Shown here piece after piece: positions 1 to 13,545 of a stretch of 64,000 nt of DNA. The stretch is from Nageia nagi. Taxonomy: Eukaryota > Plantae > Pinophyta. Below the pieces are notes generated by a model. The model did not search any database. It was not told the DNA's origin and worked only from the letters and a program-made list of their open reading frames with translations. The stretch's first letter is position 1, and the number at the start of each line of letters is the position of its first letter. The stretch covers positions 124,372,001 to 124,436,000 of the forward strand of contig JBITNC010000001.1 of the NCBI GenBank assembly GCA_050084985.1. The letters run 5' to 3'. Position numbers and translations under genes: made by a program.

Positions 1-2282
1 TGTTATAATTTTGAAAGAGGAATATTATTTTACTTTTATTCCAATTTTAGTTTTGGCTAAAGATTCCATTTACTTTCTAATGTATGTATTTTGTTCATAT
101 AGTGGAATTACATGTGATAAACAATTGAATGCTTGTGAATATTGGGAAGCATAAGGTCCAACAAAGGAGGAAAGACAATAAGAAAGAATCAAATACCATG
201 CAATAGATCAAGTATATGGAAGAAGTGAAAGTATTTCACATCAAATTGGGTCAAGAACTTATCAATAATTTAGAGGCAAAAATTATCAATTTTTTAGTAT
301 GCTAATAGAAATTTTCTAGTTTTTTATGATATGTCCTATATCATGTACCATCAACATCAAACTTGGAACCCCCTCCCTTATTCACCTTATTTTACTTCAT
401 CATCAAGTTTTCAAATCTATATGTTCAATATTGTAAACAAACATGTGCAGTTGAACTAATTTCCATGAGTGATGCCAAACCTAAGAGGTAAACATTTTAG
501 GAGATTTAGTTTTGAGTATTCTTAGGAAATGTGGTTTTATTTATGGGTATTAGTACTTAGTTTAGTTTTCTACTAGGTATTTAAGAGAATGGGGTTTCAT
601 GTAGAGGTGCACTTCAATTTTCATTATTCATTGAGTACAAAGTTGACATTTTATTAGTTCTCCATGGAAGATAATTTGGAACACAAATGCCTCTATACCA
701 TCTCAAAAAACACTCATTAGTCTTTTTTAATTCTTTTTTTTTTTTGAAAACTTATTCCTTGTGTTAAAAAGGGACATTTATGCTTCATCATTAATGGGTT
801 CAGGTACTTCAACTTGGTACTCATCACCAATGTTGTTGGAGCAAGGGATATCATATAATGGGGTTTCTACATCATCCAATAAAGTGTTGTGGCTGTAATA
901 AAAAGAGCATAGTTGGTTTTTATTTTTCTCTCTTTTATTAATTTCTATCCTACATCCTTATTATTTCAATAAATGAATCCTCTCATATTTTGCTTGGTTT
1001 AGATTTCTATCCATAGAGATGGAGTTAGGAAGACCATACCTCCCTCCCTTATTCCCTATATATATGTTTGAGGTATCTAAATTTAGATAAATGTTTATAA
1101 AATTTTATTGTTAATTAGATATTGTTTTTATGGATTATCTATATTTGAAGTTAAATTTTAGAGATATGAGTTTTTTCATGATTTCTCTTACCATACAACT
1201 ATGGATATTAGTTTTTGATATTATTTTGGTGGTTTCACATTCATTATTTTTCATTAACATAGAGCGATGTTCTTTTCAGCATTCTAGAGTAAGAATGTCT
1301 TGATAATTGCAAGATCTCTAATGTGTTTGGACATCAACACAAAGAGCACCAACATGTAGCTTAGGATATTTATGGGCTAGTAATTACCCATTAGCTTATA
1401 TATAAGAATGCATAGTAAATATCATATTATCAATAAAAACTAAGTATAATTACCAATAAAAAAAGAAATAGAATCGGTGTGCATGGTTTTGACACAATTT
1501 CATGGATTCTAGTATTAGTGGGAATAAAATCCAACATTTGAAACTTTTACCAATATGAGGCATGGTATAAAATGAAAAATAAGGTATTTATATCCATTAA
1601 AGAGAAGCTAAAAAGGGTTTTTGTTCAAACATTATGGTTACATGCTCCAATAGACATGTTTATTGTATTTAGAATCATGTAGGATAGATAATGTCTACAA
1701 AAAAGATGTTTAAGGACAAACAATAGTTGAAATTAATTTTTTATAAAATGTTAAAATTGTGAGTATATTGATAAATGTGTGTTATGTGTTTATTATGTGT
1801 GCAAACCCTATATCCCTATAAGTAGATGCAATTATGCAATGTAACCTTATGCAATGGGTACACCGAGTGAGAAAGAGAGTGCTTCTTAAGGTATAATATT
1901 ATTGTTATTGATAAAATATTTTTTAAGTGGGTGGATGGAAGGTGAATAGCTATGAGGTGTAGTGAATGTAATGGATGGATAGAAGGAACTCAACTAAGAG
2001 GTGCACTTGCATGTGATACATGTGTCTATAACTCACACTTAATATTTTTGTTTATAGGATTCTTCATGGAATAAACATTATTACATTTGGTTATGAGATT
2101 CTTCATGAATTAGATATTATTGAATTATATGAATTCATAATTTATTAATTATGTTTTTGAGTCTTTAGATTTCAGGATTTATAAATTTATATGTTTATTT
2201 AGTGGTTCGATTAGTTTTGTACATATATCTCTTTATGACTACCCTTGCATGGACTTGGTAGATGGATTAAAGGCATCTTATA

Positions 2283-2903
2283 AAGAAGGTGATGAACTAC
2301 ATATTAGAGCTAGAAATGGTATGCAATACCTATAGAACTACTATGCATCTCAAAAGAGGATTCATCCAAATTCTACTTGATGGATAGTTGAGGACATTAA
2401 TAAGATGGCAAGTAATTAATTTTTGTATGATTCAAGTAACTATTTTTCAATCTAAAATTGAGCATATTTGCTAGATTATGCTATGAAATATTTCAAGTAA
2501 ATATCTACCATGGTGAAACCTCTAGTATGATTCCTCAATTGAAGCATGAGTTGTATTTGTACTTTTGTGGTGATTTTGAAGTCTTGTAGTTAACCCATAA
2601 TTAAGATCTATACATGAGATAAAAGAGTATGAATTATCTATGATATTTTTATCTAAGTGTTATGTCAACTTAGATGGTGAATTATATAGGAGAATGTTCT
2701 CTAATTATGATGAGCTTCAGATTTTTAATATTTTTGGATTGTATGCTCAAATGCTCTCAATCAATCCTTTTGGCATCATCATATTTTAGGTGTGTATCGA
2801 TTGAGGTTATTTCATAAAAGTGGATGTGGAATCAAAGTTGGGTGTTTTCATTGACTATATTTTTATTGATATACACATGTATGTGTTCAATTTGGATTCT
2901 TCT
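2283..2903. repeat. Copy A of an old ~0.7 kb tandemly duplicated unit (continues 11341-11425 after the Tat insertion)
   Basis: AAGAAGGTGATGAACTACATA...CCTATAGAACTACTATG...GTGGATGTGGAATCAAAG aligns co-linearly with 11430-11476 plus 12587-13212; identity of the unit unknown. Confidence 0.8.
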
Positions 2904-3530
2904 TGTAGACATTAAAAAATAAATTATTATTATTTAAATAATTCATTTTATAGCATCAAGGAGATTTGTTGTAAAGAGGGGTTAAAATAATACTCAAGGC
3001 AATGTAATCAATGTAATGGACCATTATCCAATGTAAGAAGGGGTCAAATTTCTAAAATACTCCTCAAATAATGTAATGGGAAATGATCTCAAGAATCCAA
3101 TAAGACAAGGATGTTACTATATAAAGAAATCAAAGGCAATACAAAAGGTATCATGCAAGGCATCAAAGATCCTAGAGAGACTTCAACAAATGCAATTTCA
3201 CTCTATCTTACAAAAAATATTATTTTGTAACACCGCCTTTGCATAGATCTATTAAACCCTTCATTTTACTCTTGCATACTCTTTTATTCTATTCTTAATA
3301 ATGCTTATTCTATGAAGTTTGTGGTGTAGCATTTATGGGTCGTTAGCAGTGTGCATATGGATGAATTCATATTCATGTTTGATGAATGGATTACTTTTAT
3401 GTTGTATTATGATGAAGGTACATTGATTATCATTATTCATTGTTACCATATTTATGATATATTATTCAATAAAATATTGTAGATAAATAGTGTGTCAATT
3501 ATATCATTTATGCATTATTTGAGGTCTACA
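2904..3530 (+). repeat. 5' LTR of Tat element (627 bp)
   Basis: Starts TGTAGA, ends TCTACA (inverted termini); co-linear with 10716-11340; TATA-like CTATATAAAG at ~3117. Confidence 0.95.
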
Positions 3531-3889
3531 TTTTGATGAACCCATCTATTCAATTTATCTTTCCCTCTTGGTGAGATCTTGCAAGAATTTTATAATGGAT
3601 CTACATTGTCAATGGAATTTATAGTTATTTCTAGTCCATTATTGGTTTAAAAATGGAATAAATAGGATAAATGGTGCAAATGTTGAAATACCTAAATGTG
3701 AAATATGATGGATTACAACAATGATTTGATTCTATTACTACTTCCAGTAGCTCAACTAGATATAATCCTACCCTTTGGATTGGAACAACTTCTATCACAC
3801 CACATCAAATTATAGATGAATATGATGGTGTCTTCACTTCACCCTTATCTGAGGATATCCACTATTTTCCACTACCATCCGAGCATAAG

Positions 3890-6800
3890 GCCCCCAAGTT
3901 CAAGATGTTTCTTATCAGCTTTTAGAAGGAGTGCTTTTGAAATTAGGGTCAAAGGAGAAGGTGATGGTGAAGTTTTTCCCAAGGAGTTTGAAAGGTTACA
4001 CTAGTCAATGGTTCTATAATTTTCTTTTTGGATCAATTGATTCTTTCAAGTCCTTGGTTAAGGTCTTCATGGACCAATATAAGCACAACATCAAAGATCA
4101 AAGCATTATTACATAATTATATGCAAATAGAAAAGGGGGTAATGAAACCCTATAGAAATACATCCCATGATTTAAAAATGTATGGTAATCTATTCAAATA
4201 AAATTATATGAGAATAAAATTTATTTTATTGTTAAATATTCTATTGTATATGTTCTTAATTTACATGCTCCTAGCAATAAAAATGTTGGTTTTGGAGTAG
4301 TAGTTCAAGAATTTTTGCAAAAAGAGAAAGTGTTGCTTGGATTGGGTGAACTTAAATATGCACCTAATCCTTTCAATAAAGATAATCAAATAATATATGC
4401 CAAGAAAGAAAATAAAACCATACATATGGCTGAGAAGCATGCTTCTCCTACAAAATTGCAAGGATCAACCACTACAAAAGATTTCACATATACATTCCTA
4501 ATTCAGCCAAGGTTTATTATGAGGGATCTCATGTAGAAAAGATTATTATAGCCTAAGGAAATATCTACATAAGATTATAATATTCCCATGAAAAGATCTA
4601 ATTCTTATTACACATATCATCAAAGAAAAGGACATGCTACAAATTTGTGTAAGTCGTTAGAGGTAGCTATATTAGATCTTATTGCTTAAGGAAAATATCA
4701 AATTGATGACACTGCTTCAAATCCAAGCCATACAGTTAATACTATTATAGTTGATAAGGAGGTTTTTGCTAGATTGAGAGGAGGATATTTGTGCCATGTT
4801 TCAAATATGGTTCCTTAGAACAAGTAAGTTTCCCACCTGATCCAAAAGGATATAGTATGATTGAATAGTTAAAAAATACACTTGCCAAAATTAGCTTGTA
4901 TGATCTCATTTCTACATTTCCAACACCTAGAGAGATCCTATATGCTTTATTCAAAAGGAAATTATCCCTTCAAATATGTCAACCACCATATTTTCTGAGA
5001 AGCTTATGGCTATATAAGAATGTGATGTTATTTCCTTTTATAAATCTAAAAAACCCAATAAGGAAATAATTGATGAATGTCTAGCTTTATACATTATACT
5101 TTTGATTAATGGATGGGAAATTAAAAGGATAATTGTAAATAATGGATCAGCTATGAATGTATGTTCCCATCACTTTTTGATTCAATTGCAAGAAAAAGTT
5201 ATAAAGATACCTCCATTAGAAGAAGTGACATTTAGGATTAGAGCTTATGATAGGTTATCTAAAAAACTAATGGGGATAGCTACAATCATGATAACTCTAG
5301 GAGTAAGGATGATAGTTGCTAAATTCTAGGTAGTGGATTCAAAATTATCCCATTATTTACTTTTGGGAAGGCCTTAGCTTCATGACATGGATGCAATCCC
5401 TTTCACATTACATGGAAAATTGAAATTTGAATTTCAGGGTGAGGTGCATATAGTACTTGGAGATCCTAAACATTATGCATTATGTAATGCAACAAATTTT
5501 GATGATCTTGCAATGATAGCTCCAAGATATGAAATTGAGCCCTTGGAATCTACCAAACCAAGGGAAAATACAAAAAATATGTTCAAATTATGGAGATAGG
5601 GATGGAATTGTACAAAATTGAAGGTGTAAACTTATTTGCATCTATTAAAGACTTTGGATAACCCAAAATTCTTTCTATTGAGGATTGTTGATGGCATGTG
5701 GTCCTACCTAAAGGCCACCAGTGGTGTGAAAATGATAAATACAAAGAAGGTTCTTATTCTATTACATCAGTAACACCTACCCAAACTCCTCCAACATAAG
5801 CTTTATCATCATTTGAAATGGGTAAACTCTTTCCATCTCCTTTTGTTCATAAATACATGGTACAAAATTGAAAATACAAAGAGGGAGGATTAGGTAGAAA
5901 TGAATAAGGAATACATGCTTTTCCTGATAATTCTAAATCTCAAATGACCAAAATAGGACTGGTTAGTGATGGAAGTACAAAGCAAAGATGGGGACAAATA
6001 AAATTTGTTAAAGAGTGCAAGTTGATTGAGTTATCTAATGATATTGATGAAGATATATGGATTGATGATACTCTTACACTTGAATTTGATTGCTTTACTA
6101 TTGATGATAATATTCTTTAACACTTAGGGGCACATTCAGAGTTACCCAAATCTAATGAGAAAAGAAATACAAGCTACGTGCTCAATGAATATGCTTATTT
6201 TGGTCAAGAGATAAATTTTAGTGAAGTTTTTTAGGTTCATCCCATGGATGGTGATGATACTGATATATAAGGATTAGAGAGTTACCTTTTTTGTTACAAA
6301 AGAAAGAAGAGTTTACATTTCCAATAGAGGATTTGGTGAACATCAATATTAGAAACATAGATGAGGAAAAATTACTACAAATTGAAGTAGCTATATCTCC
6401 CTTGTAGCAAGAAAGGTACAAGAATAAGTTTATTGAACATCATAAGAATTTTTCTTGGTCTTACACTGATATGCTTGGTTTAGATCCTTCCTTTTTTATG
6501 CATAACTTTCCATTAAAAAAATATGCTAAGAAAATTAAACAAAATCCACAAAAAATGCATCCCTCTAAGGCATTGTTAGTCAAGTAAGAAATTGAGAGAT
6601 ATTTGAATGCTAGATTTATTAAGCCTATTGATTATTTTGAGTGGATGGCTAATATTGTCCCTATTTCCAAGCCAACTGGTGAAATTTGAGTATGTAGTGA
6701 TTTTAGATATATCAATAATGCATTTCCTAAGGATCATTTTCCATTACCAAATATTGATATGATTATGGATAGTATAGCTAGTTATGATACATTATCTTTT

Positions 6801-9690
6801 ATGGATGGATTTTTTGGTTAAATCAACTATTGATCAATCTGACTAACCAACATAAAATACCTTTTACTACTCCATGGGGTAATTTTTGTTGGAAGGTTAT
6901 ACCTTTTGGGCTCAAAAATGTAGGTGCTGCCTATCAAAGGGCTATGGTCACCATGTTCCATGAACATATTCACAACATGGTTGAGGTATATGTTGATGAC
7001 ATATTGGTTAAATCAAAGCAAGGATAGGATCACCTACATGCACTTGAGGAAGTATTTAACATCTTGAAAAGGTACAAACTTAGACTCAAACCTCAAAAGT
7101 GTGCATTTGGAGTTACTTCTAGAAAAATTTTAGGATTTACGATTTCTAAAAGAGGAATTAAGGTAGATCTAAGAAAGTGAAAGCAATAATTAGTATACCT
7201 CCACTAAGAAATTTGCAACAATTGAAGAGTATTCAAGGAAAAAATAATTCAGTTAGAAGTTTTATTTCACAACTTGGGGATAAGTGTAGACCATTTACTC
7301 ATCTATTAAAGAAGGATGTAAAGTATGTATGGGATAATAAATGTCAAAAAGCATTTAAGGATATTAAATAACATTTGTTAAATCCACCAATATTAGTTTC
7401 CATAGACTTCACTAAGCCTTCTTATTTGTATATCTCAACTACATTGTATGCATTGGGGGAAATGCTTTGTCAAATAGATTCAAAAAATAAAGAGAGGCCT
7501 ATTTATTAACTTAGCAAGATGTTGATAGATTATGAAACTAGGTATATCCTAATTGAAAACTTTGCTATGGTATTGTATTTGCTAATAAAAAATTAAGGCA
7601 CTGTTTGTTATACTACGCTACATTTAATATTAGTCCTATTAATCCATTAAAATATCCTATCACTAGATAGCATTTATTAGAAAGAGTAGCAAAATGGATG
7701 ATGTTCTTGTAGGAATTTGATATCAACATGGTAAAGCATAAGCTAGTCAAAGGAAAGGCTATTGCAAATTTGATAGTTGAATTTCCTTATAATGGAGATT
7801 CAATAGTGCACAAAGAATTTCCAAATGAATATCAAGATGATCCATGGTGCTAGCAATGTGAAGGTCTAATAGAAGGCTACTAGTGGCATGATTTTTATGA
7901 AATCTCCATACCTAATGAATACATGTACCTCATAAAAAATGTCTCTACTATCTTGGTGTTATACTTTGATGGTTCAAAATGTTTCGATGGAGAAGGGATA
8001 TGTATTAGATTGGTATCTCCTACAAATGAGGTAATCCTTATGGCCTACAAACTTGGTTTTGAGTGTACAAATAATATGGCTAAATATGAGGCATTGATAT
8101 TGGGATTTAAAGCTATTATTACATAAAAAATTAAGAATATAGAGATATATGGGGATTCATAACTTGTCATCAACCAAATAAAGGATATTTTTGATACAAA
8201 TGATGAAATGTTAAAGCCCTATAAATTTGTGGTTAATGATTTACTAGATTAGTTTGATAGATATACTATTTATAATATCCCAAGGACTAATAACAAGTAT
8301 GCAGATACCATGGCAAGTGTAGATTCTCTTGTGCCAATTGAAATTGAAGATAAGGATACTATTTTGACAATTCATAAGTTGAGCTATCCTTCTTATATTA
8401 AGGAAATAAATGAAATTTATATCTATTTGATTACATAGGAGAATGATTTTTAGAATTGGTATTTTGATATCTATAACTACTTGAAGAAACAAGCAATTCC
8501 TAATAGTTTTGATCAAAATGAAAAAATGAGATTGAAGAGAACTACATAAGGTATTTCATAATTTGTGATGTTTTATATAGAAGGTAATTTTATGGTGCTT
8601 TATTGCATTTTTTAACTCAACATGACATAGCTACTGCACTAGAATAAGCTCATGATGGTTTGTATGGTGGACATTTTTATGCCAAAGCTTTGTATACAAA
8701 AATTTTAAGAATTAGATATTATTGGCCTACTATGGAAGAAGATTGCAAGACTCATGTAAAAACTTGCTTATAATGTCCAAAACATGCCAATTTAGAAAAT
8801 CAACCTACCCAAGAGTTGCACTCCATTTTTTCACCTTGGCTATTTGCTATGTGGGATATTGATTTAATTGGCATTATTAATCCTCATTCATGGTAAGGGT
8901 ATAAATTTATCATCACAGCTACATAATTTACTACTAAATGGGTAGAAGCCATTCCTATGAAGTTAGTTACTCAAGATAAGATTATTGGTTTCATTGTTGA
9001 GAACATCATTACCCACTTTGGTATGCCACAAAAGTTGCTTACTGATAATGGATACAATTTCAAAGGAGAGGAGATAAGATCTTTTTCTAAGAAGTTTCAT
9101 ATTGATAAATCATTCTCTTTAGTCTATTATCCTCAAAGAAATGGTCAAGCTAAAGCAACCAATAAGATAATTAAAAAAAATTTATAAAAAACATGGGATA
9201 AGTATAAGAAGGATTGGCATAAACAACTTCCATATGCATTATGGGCATATAGGACCAGTGTTAGGATAGCCACTGGGGAAAAACCTTTCTCAATTGTGTA
9301 TGGGAATGAAGCTATTATTCCATTAAATTAGAGATCCCATCACTAAAAATGTCATTACAAGGAGAAATTTATGATCAAGAAGTAAGAAAATCAAGGTTAC
9401 AATAGTTGGAATTGTTGGATGAAAAGAGAATCAGAGCTATTGAGCATCAAAAGGTATATCATGCAAAACTCAAGAGAGAATTTGGGAAAAATATAAAAGC
9501 TAAAGAGTTTAATGTGGGATATCTAGTGTTGAAAGATAATATCAACAAAATAGCAACAAATGATGAGGTAAAAGGTAAATTTCAACCCAATTGGCTAGGG
9601 CCATATGTTGTTATATAAGAAACAAGATCATGGGTATACAAGTTATCATCCATGGATAGAAAAGAACCTAATACCTTCAATACTTGTATT
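3890..9690 (+). pseudogene. gag-pol of Tat element, many stops and frameshifts
   Basis: gag (FPRSLKGYTSQWFY; YHQRKGHATNLC knuckle ~4610); protease (RIIVNNGSAMN ~5125); G-patch-like KEGGLGRNE*GI (~5880); RT (PFGLKNVGAAYQRAM, YVDD ~6990); RNase H (~7400-7760); second aRH (LYFDGS...TNNMAKYEALI ~7960-8100); integrase (AHDG..GGH, TDNG.NF, YYPQRNGQAKATN, GKFQPNWLGPY). Confidence 0.92.
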
Positions 9691-9794
9691 ATATTATACA
9701 TTTTTTATTTTTCAATAGTTAATGATGTATATTACTATCTATATGAAGTTATTAATGTGGAAAATGTAAAACAAAAATAACTTTCCATCATAGA

Positions 9795-10150
9795 ATAATG
9801 TTTGCAGACCATGGACATAAAACGTAAGGTCATCAATGGCCAATGATACAGATAGTGAGAGTTCACTCACTTAAAAGCTAAACTAGAGATGGAGCCATGA
9901 GAAAGATATTGAATTGGCTCATCCCCAATGGATGATACAACTTGTTGTGTATCCATATAGTTTTTCCTTTGAACCATACAAAACATAATGTATTCAGGTC
10001 ATAGACATAAAACATATGATCGTTGATGGCCAACAATACGATTAGTGAGAATTCACTCACTTAAAAGATAAATCGATGATGTGGCTATAAGTAGATTATT
10101 AATATTGACTCATCTCCAATGGAAGACACAAATCATTATGCATCCATAAT
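9795..10150 (+). repeat. ~190-bp tandem duplication (about 1.9 copies) in the Tat 3' UTR
   Basis: GACATAAAAC at 9814 and 10004; TTCACTCACTTAAAAG repeated at the same offset. Confidence 0.85.
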
Positions 10151-10701
10151 GATTTTAATGTAGGGTATGACTAACACCTTTTTGTAGGTATCTACATTGT
10201 AAAGAACTAAAAAAGTACAAAGAAACCTACATCATTAGTGGTGTGCTTATTGTTCTTGCACCACCAATGGCATATAAATCATTTAAAAGTCATCAAAATA
10301 AAATATAACCTCCTTTGTTTCAAGGCATGGATGTAAGTACGACATATTTCTACATATCAGATATAATGGAATGATTAGATTCATGGTTGAATAGGTCAAG
10401 AGAAAAAAAAACATATTTCATTTTAGAGATTGGACATGGGACCATAAGACTACCTAATAGTAGAGTTTCTTCCATAAAAAAGACATCATAGTAGCTGGAG
10501 AGATGTATTTCTTCATATTTTTCTTTTGTGCACCACTCAAGGATTTTTCTTGGGGCATCCAAGCTAAAAGGGGGCAGAAAAGGACCCTCACCATCATCAT
10601 CAACATCAAGTGATAGTGAAACAAAGAGTTCAAAGTTATCAAAAATTTTATTCTAAAATTTTTCTTTGGACATGTAATTTCATTTCTCCAATCATACCTT
10701 C

Positions 10702-10715
10702 AAAGAGGGGAAAAA
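10702..10715 (+). other. Polypurine tract of Tat element
   Basis: AAAGAGGGGAAAAA immediately 5' of the 3' LTR. Confidence 0.9.
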
Positions 10716-11340
10716 TGTAGACACCTAAAAATGAATTATTATTATTTAAATAATTCATTTTATAGCATTAAGAAGATTTATTGTAAAAAGGGGTTAAAAT
10801 AATACCCAAGGTAATGAAATCAATGTAATGGACCATTGTATAATGTAACAAAGGGTAAAATGTCTAAAAGACTCCTGAAATGATGTAATGTGCAATGATC
10901 TTAAGAATCTAAGAAGATAAAGATGTTGCTATATAAAGACATCAAAGGTAACACAAAAGGTATCATGCAAGGGCACCAAAGATCCTAAAGAGACTCCAAC
11001 AAATGCAATATCACTCTATCTTATCAAAAATAGTGTTTTGTAACACCACCTCTGCATAGATATGTTAAACCCCTCATTTTGCTCTCATGTGCTCTTTTTT
11101 TCTATTCATAATATTGCTTATTCCATGAATTCAGTGATGTATCACTTATGGATCATTGGTGGCATGTGTATGGATGAATGCATGTTCATGTTTGATGAAT
11201 AGATTACTTTATCTGATTATGATCAAGGTACATTGATTATCATTATTTATTGTTGCCATATTTTTGATATATGCTTCAACAAAAAATTGTAGACAAATAG
11301 TGCATCAATTATATCATTTATGCATTATTTGAGATCTACA
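10716..11340 (+). repeat. 3' LTR of Tat element (625 bp)
   Basis: TGTAGACACC...GAGATCTACA; about 11 mismatches to the 5' LTR in the first ~120 bp counted by eye. Confidence 0.95.
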
Positions 11341-11429
11341 CTTCTAATAATCATTTTTTGTATGAAGTACTCTGAAATATTTCAAAGAATGTAGGTAATG
11401 TCAATATCATAAATGTATGATTTCTTGTG

Positions 11430-13212
11430 AAGAAGGTGACAAACTACATAGAAGAGGTAGAAATGGTGTCCAATACTGATCCCAAAATTTGGATCCCTTT
11501 GACATTTAGTAATCTCCATTTTAGTGTGTTCATTATGATTGCCTTGTCTTCAGCTTTCCAATGCTTCTTTCAGATCATGAATCCAAGTTTGTAAGTGGAA
11601 GATATGATATTAATTTCATTTGTGTATTTTGAGAAAAAAAATTAAAAGGATTAAAATATATATATATATTCAAATGTTTTGGTGGCCATTATAGAGGGAA
11701 CCTGTAGGACCACATAGGAGGAGGTGAGGTGTGATAAGGCCTACATGGAGACCACTAGGCTTAGCCGTTCACCTACCACCAATCCGCCCACAAGATCGCT
11801 AGCCAAGCCACCCATAGTTGACTGCTAACCAAGCGCCCAAGTTTGACCGCCAGCCAAGCCGCCCATGTTGGTAGCCTACACCACTAGTCAACAAGAGGTT
11901 GACTTCCTCTAAGCATGCCATGTGTTGTCACCATAATGCACCCACCCAATTTTAGGATTTTTTTGATGTATTTTTGGTGTTTTCAAAGGTTTATGGTGAT
12001 TTTAACTCGCCTAAGGTCCTATTATTAGGCTAATTTAATTTTGTAAGCCTGAAACAATCCAGTGAGTGTATTATTTTGATTTTAGAGTTCATTTTGAAGA
12101 GATTTTTACAACCATTTGAGTCCAAATTTGACATGAAGATCAAGGAGGCTCATGGGTATCTGAAAATAGGTTTTGTATTAAATTTCCTAGTTGTAATACT
12201 CTCCAATTTTAGCCTCCAAAATTGTATAAAAGGGGAGCAAATTGGACATGAGGGAAAGAGGAGGATTTTAGGAAAGTTGTTTTCAATTTTGTTATGATTT
12301 TCAGAGCTGTGAGTGTGTTGTGAATGTGAGAGGAGGTTTTGAAGGACCATGGAGGCCTTGTAAAGTGATTCCACCCACTGATAGTAGAGAGCTTTTAAGC
12401 TAGATGTAGCCCACATCGGGTGAACTAGGATAATTTTGCTTGTCTCTTTCTATGGTGAATGCTTTTCTCTTCTCTGTGTTTACAAATTTATTCCTAATTT
12501 TCCTTTACAAGCACTTAATTATTTTAAGTGTGAATTGATCCTAAGAAAAGTTAAATTGAAATTTTAATCTTATAGTTTATGGATCAAACACCTATAGAAC
12601 TACTATGTATGTCAAGGATGGAGTCATTCAAATTCTAGTGGATGGACTGTACAAGCCATTAATGAGATGGAAAGTAATTACTTTGTGGACACTTTAGGTT
12701 ACTATTTTTCCATAAAAAATTAAGGACATTTCTTGGACTATACTATGAAATATGTGAAGTGAGTCTCTACCATGGTAAAACCTCTAGTGTACTTTCCCAA
12801 CTGAAGCATGAGGTGTATTGTATTTTCATGGTAATTTTGAAGTATCGTAGTTAAGCCATAATTAGGATGTGTATAGGAGATAAAAGACTATGGAGTTCTC
12901 CACAAGATTTGTTTCTAAGTGCTATGTCATCTTGTATGGTGAATTATGTAGGAGCATGTTATTTAATTATGATGACTTTGGTATTGTTAATGGTGTTGGA
13001 TTGTGTGCTCAAATGGTTTCAATTGATCCTTTACTCATTGCCATATTTTAGGTGAGTACAGAGTGGGGTTATTTGTTAAAAGTGGATGTGGGATCGAAGC
13101 TGAAAGTTTTCATTGACTATGTTGTGTTCAATTGAGATTCTTTAAACAATCATTTTTTGTAAGTACTTTGAAATATTTCGAAGGATGCATGTAACATCGA
13201 TATCATTAATGA
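11430..13212. repeat. Copy B of the ~0.7 kb tandem unit, split by a solo LTR
   Basis: 11430-11476 and 12587-13212 match 2283-2903 plus 11341-11425. Confidence 0.8.
11477..12586 (+). mobile_element. Solo LTR (1110 bp), probably Ty1/copia-derived
   Basis: Inverted termini TGATCC...GGATCA; TSD AATAC/AACAC; clean interruption of copy B relative to copy A; TATA-like TGTATAAAAGGGG (~12222); GATGTAGCCC...GGGTGAAC motif common in plant copia LTRs; strand inferred from these motifs. Confidence 0.85.
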
Positions 13213-13216
13213 CTCC

Positions 13217-13219
<3 letters not shown>

Positions 13220-13267
<48 letters not shown>

Positions 13268-13545
13268 ATTATTTTTATGTATGTATGTATTATGTATGTA
13301 TTATGTATGTATTATATTATTATGTATTATATTATTTATTTTTGTTAATTTTTATTATTATATTATTATTAGTAGTTTTTTTTAATTATTATTATTATTA
13401 TTATTATTATTAATTGTTATTATTATTGTTGTTAATATCAATAATAATAATAATAATAATAATAATAATTTTTAATATTATTATTAATATTAATTTTATT
13501 ATTATTATTATTTTAATTATTATTATTGTTATTAATTTCATTTTT
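13220..13545. repeat. Compound microsatellite (TA)n / (TATG)n / (ATT)n / (AAT)n
   Basis: Directly visible low-complexity run. Confidence 0.95.

Larger units (their letters stand above)
2904..11340 (+). mobile_element. Full-length, decayed Ty3/gypsy LTR retrotransposon, Tat (Ogre/Retand-like) lineage
   Basis: Paired LTRs TGTAGAC...TCTACA; perfect 5-bp TSD CTTCT (2899-2903 / 11341-11345); PPT before the 3' LTR; domain order gag-PR-RT-RH-aRH-INT. Confidence 0.95.

Noticed and set aside
100-2280. Exon-like segments of a possible DNA-transposon gene
   Set aside because: Too decayed; no diagnostic motif recognised
13185-13385. 66-aa ORF rich in Y/I
   Set aside because: Translation of the (TA)n/(TATG)n microsatellite
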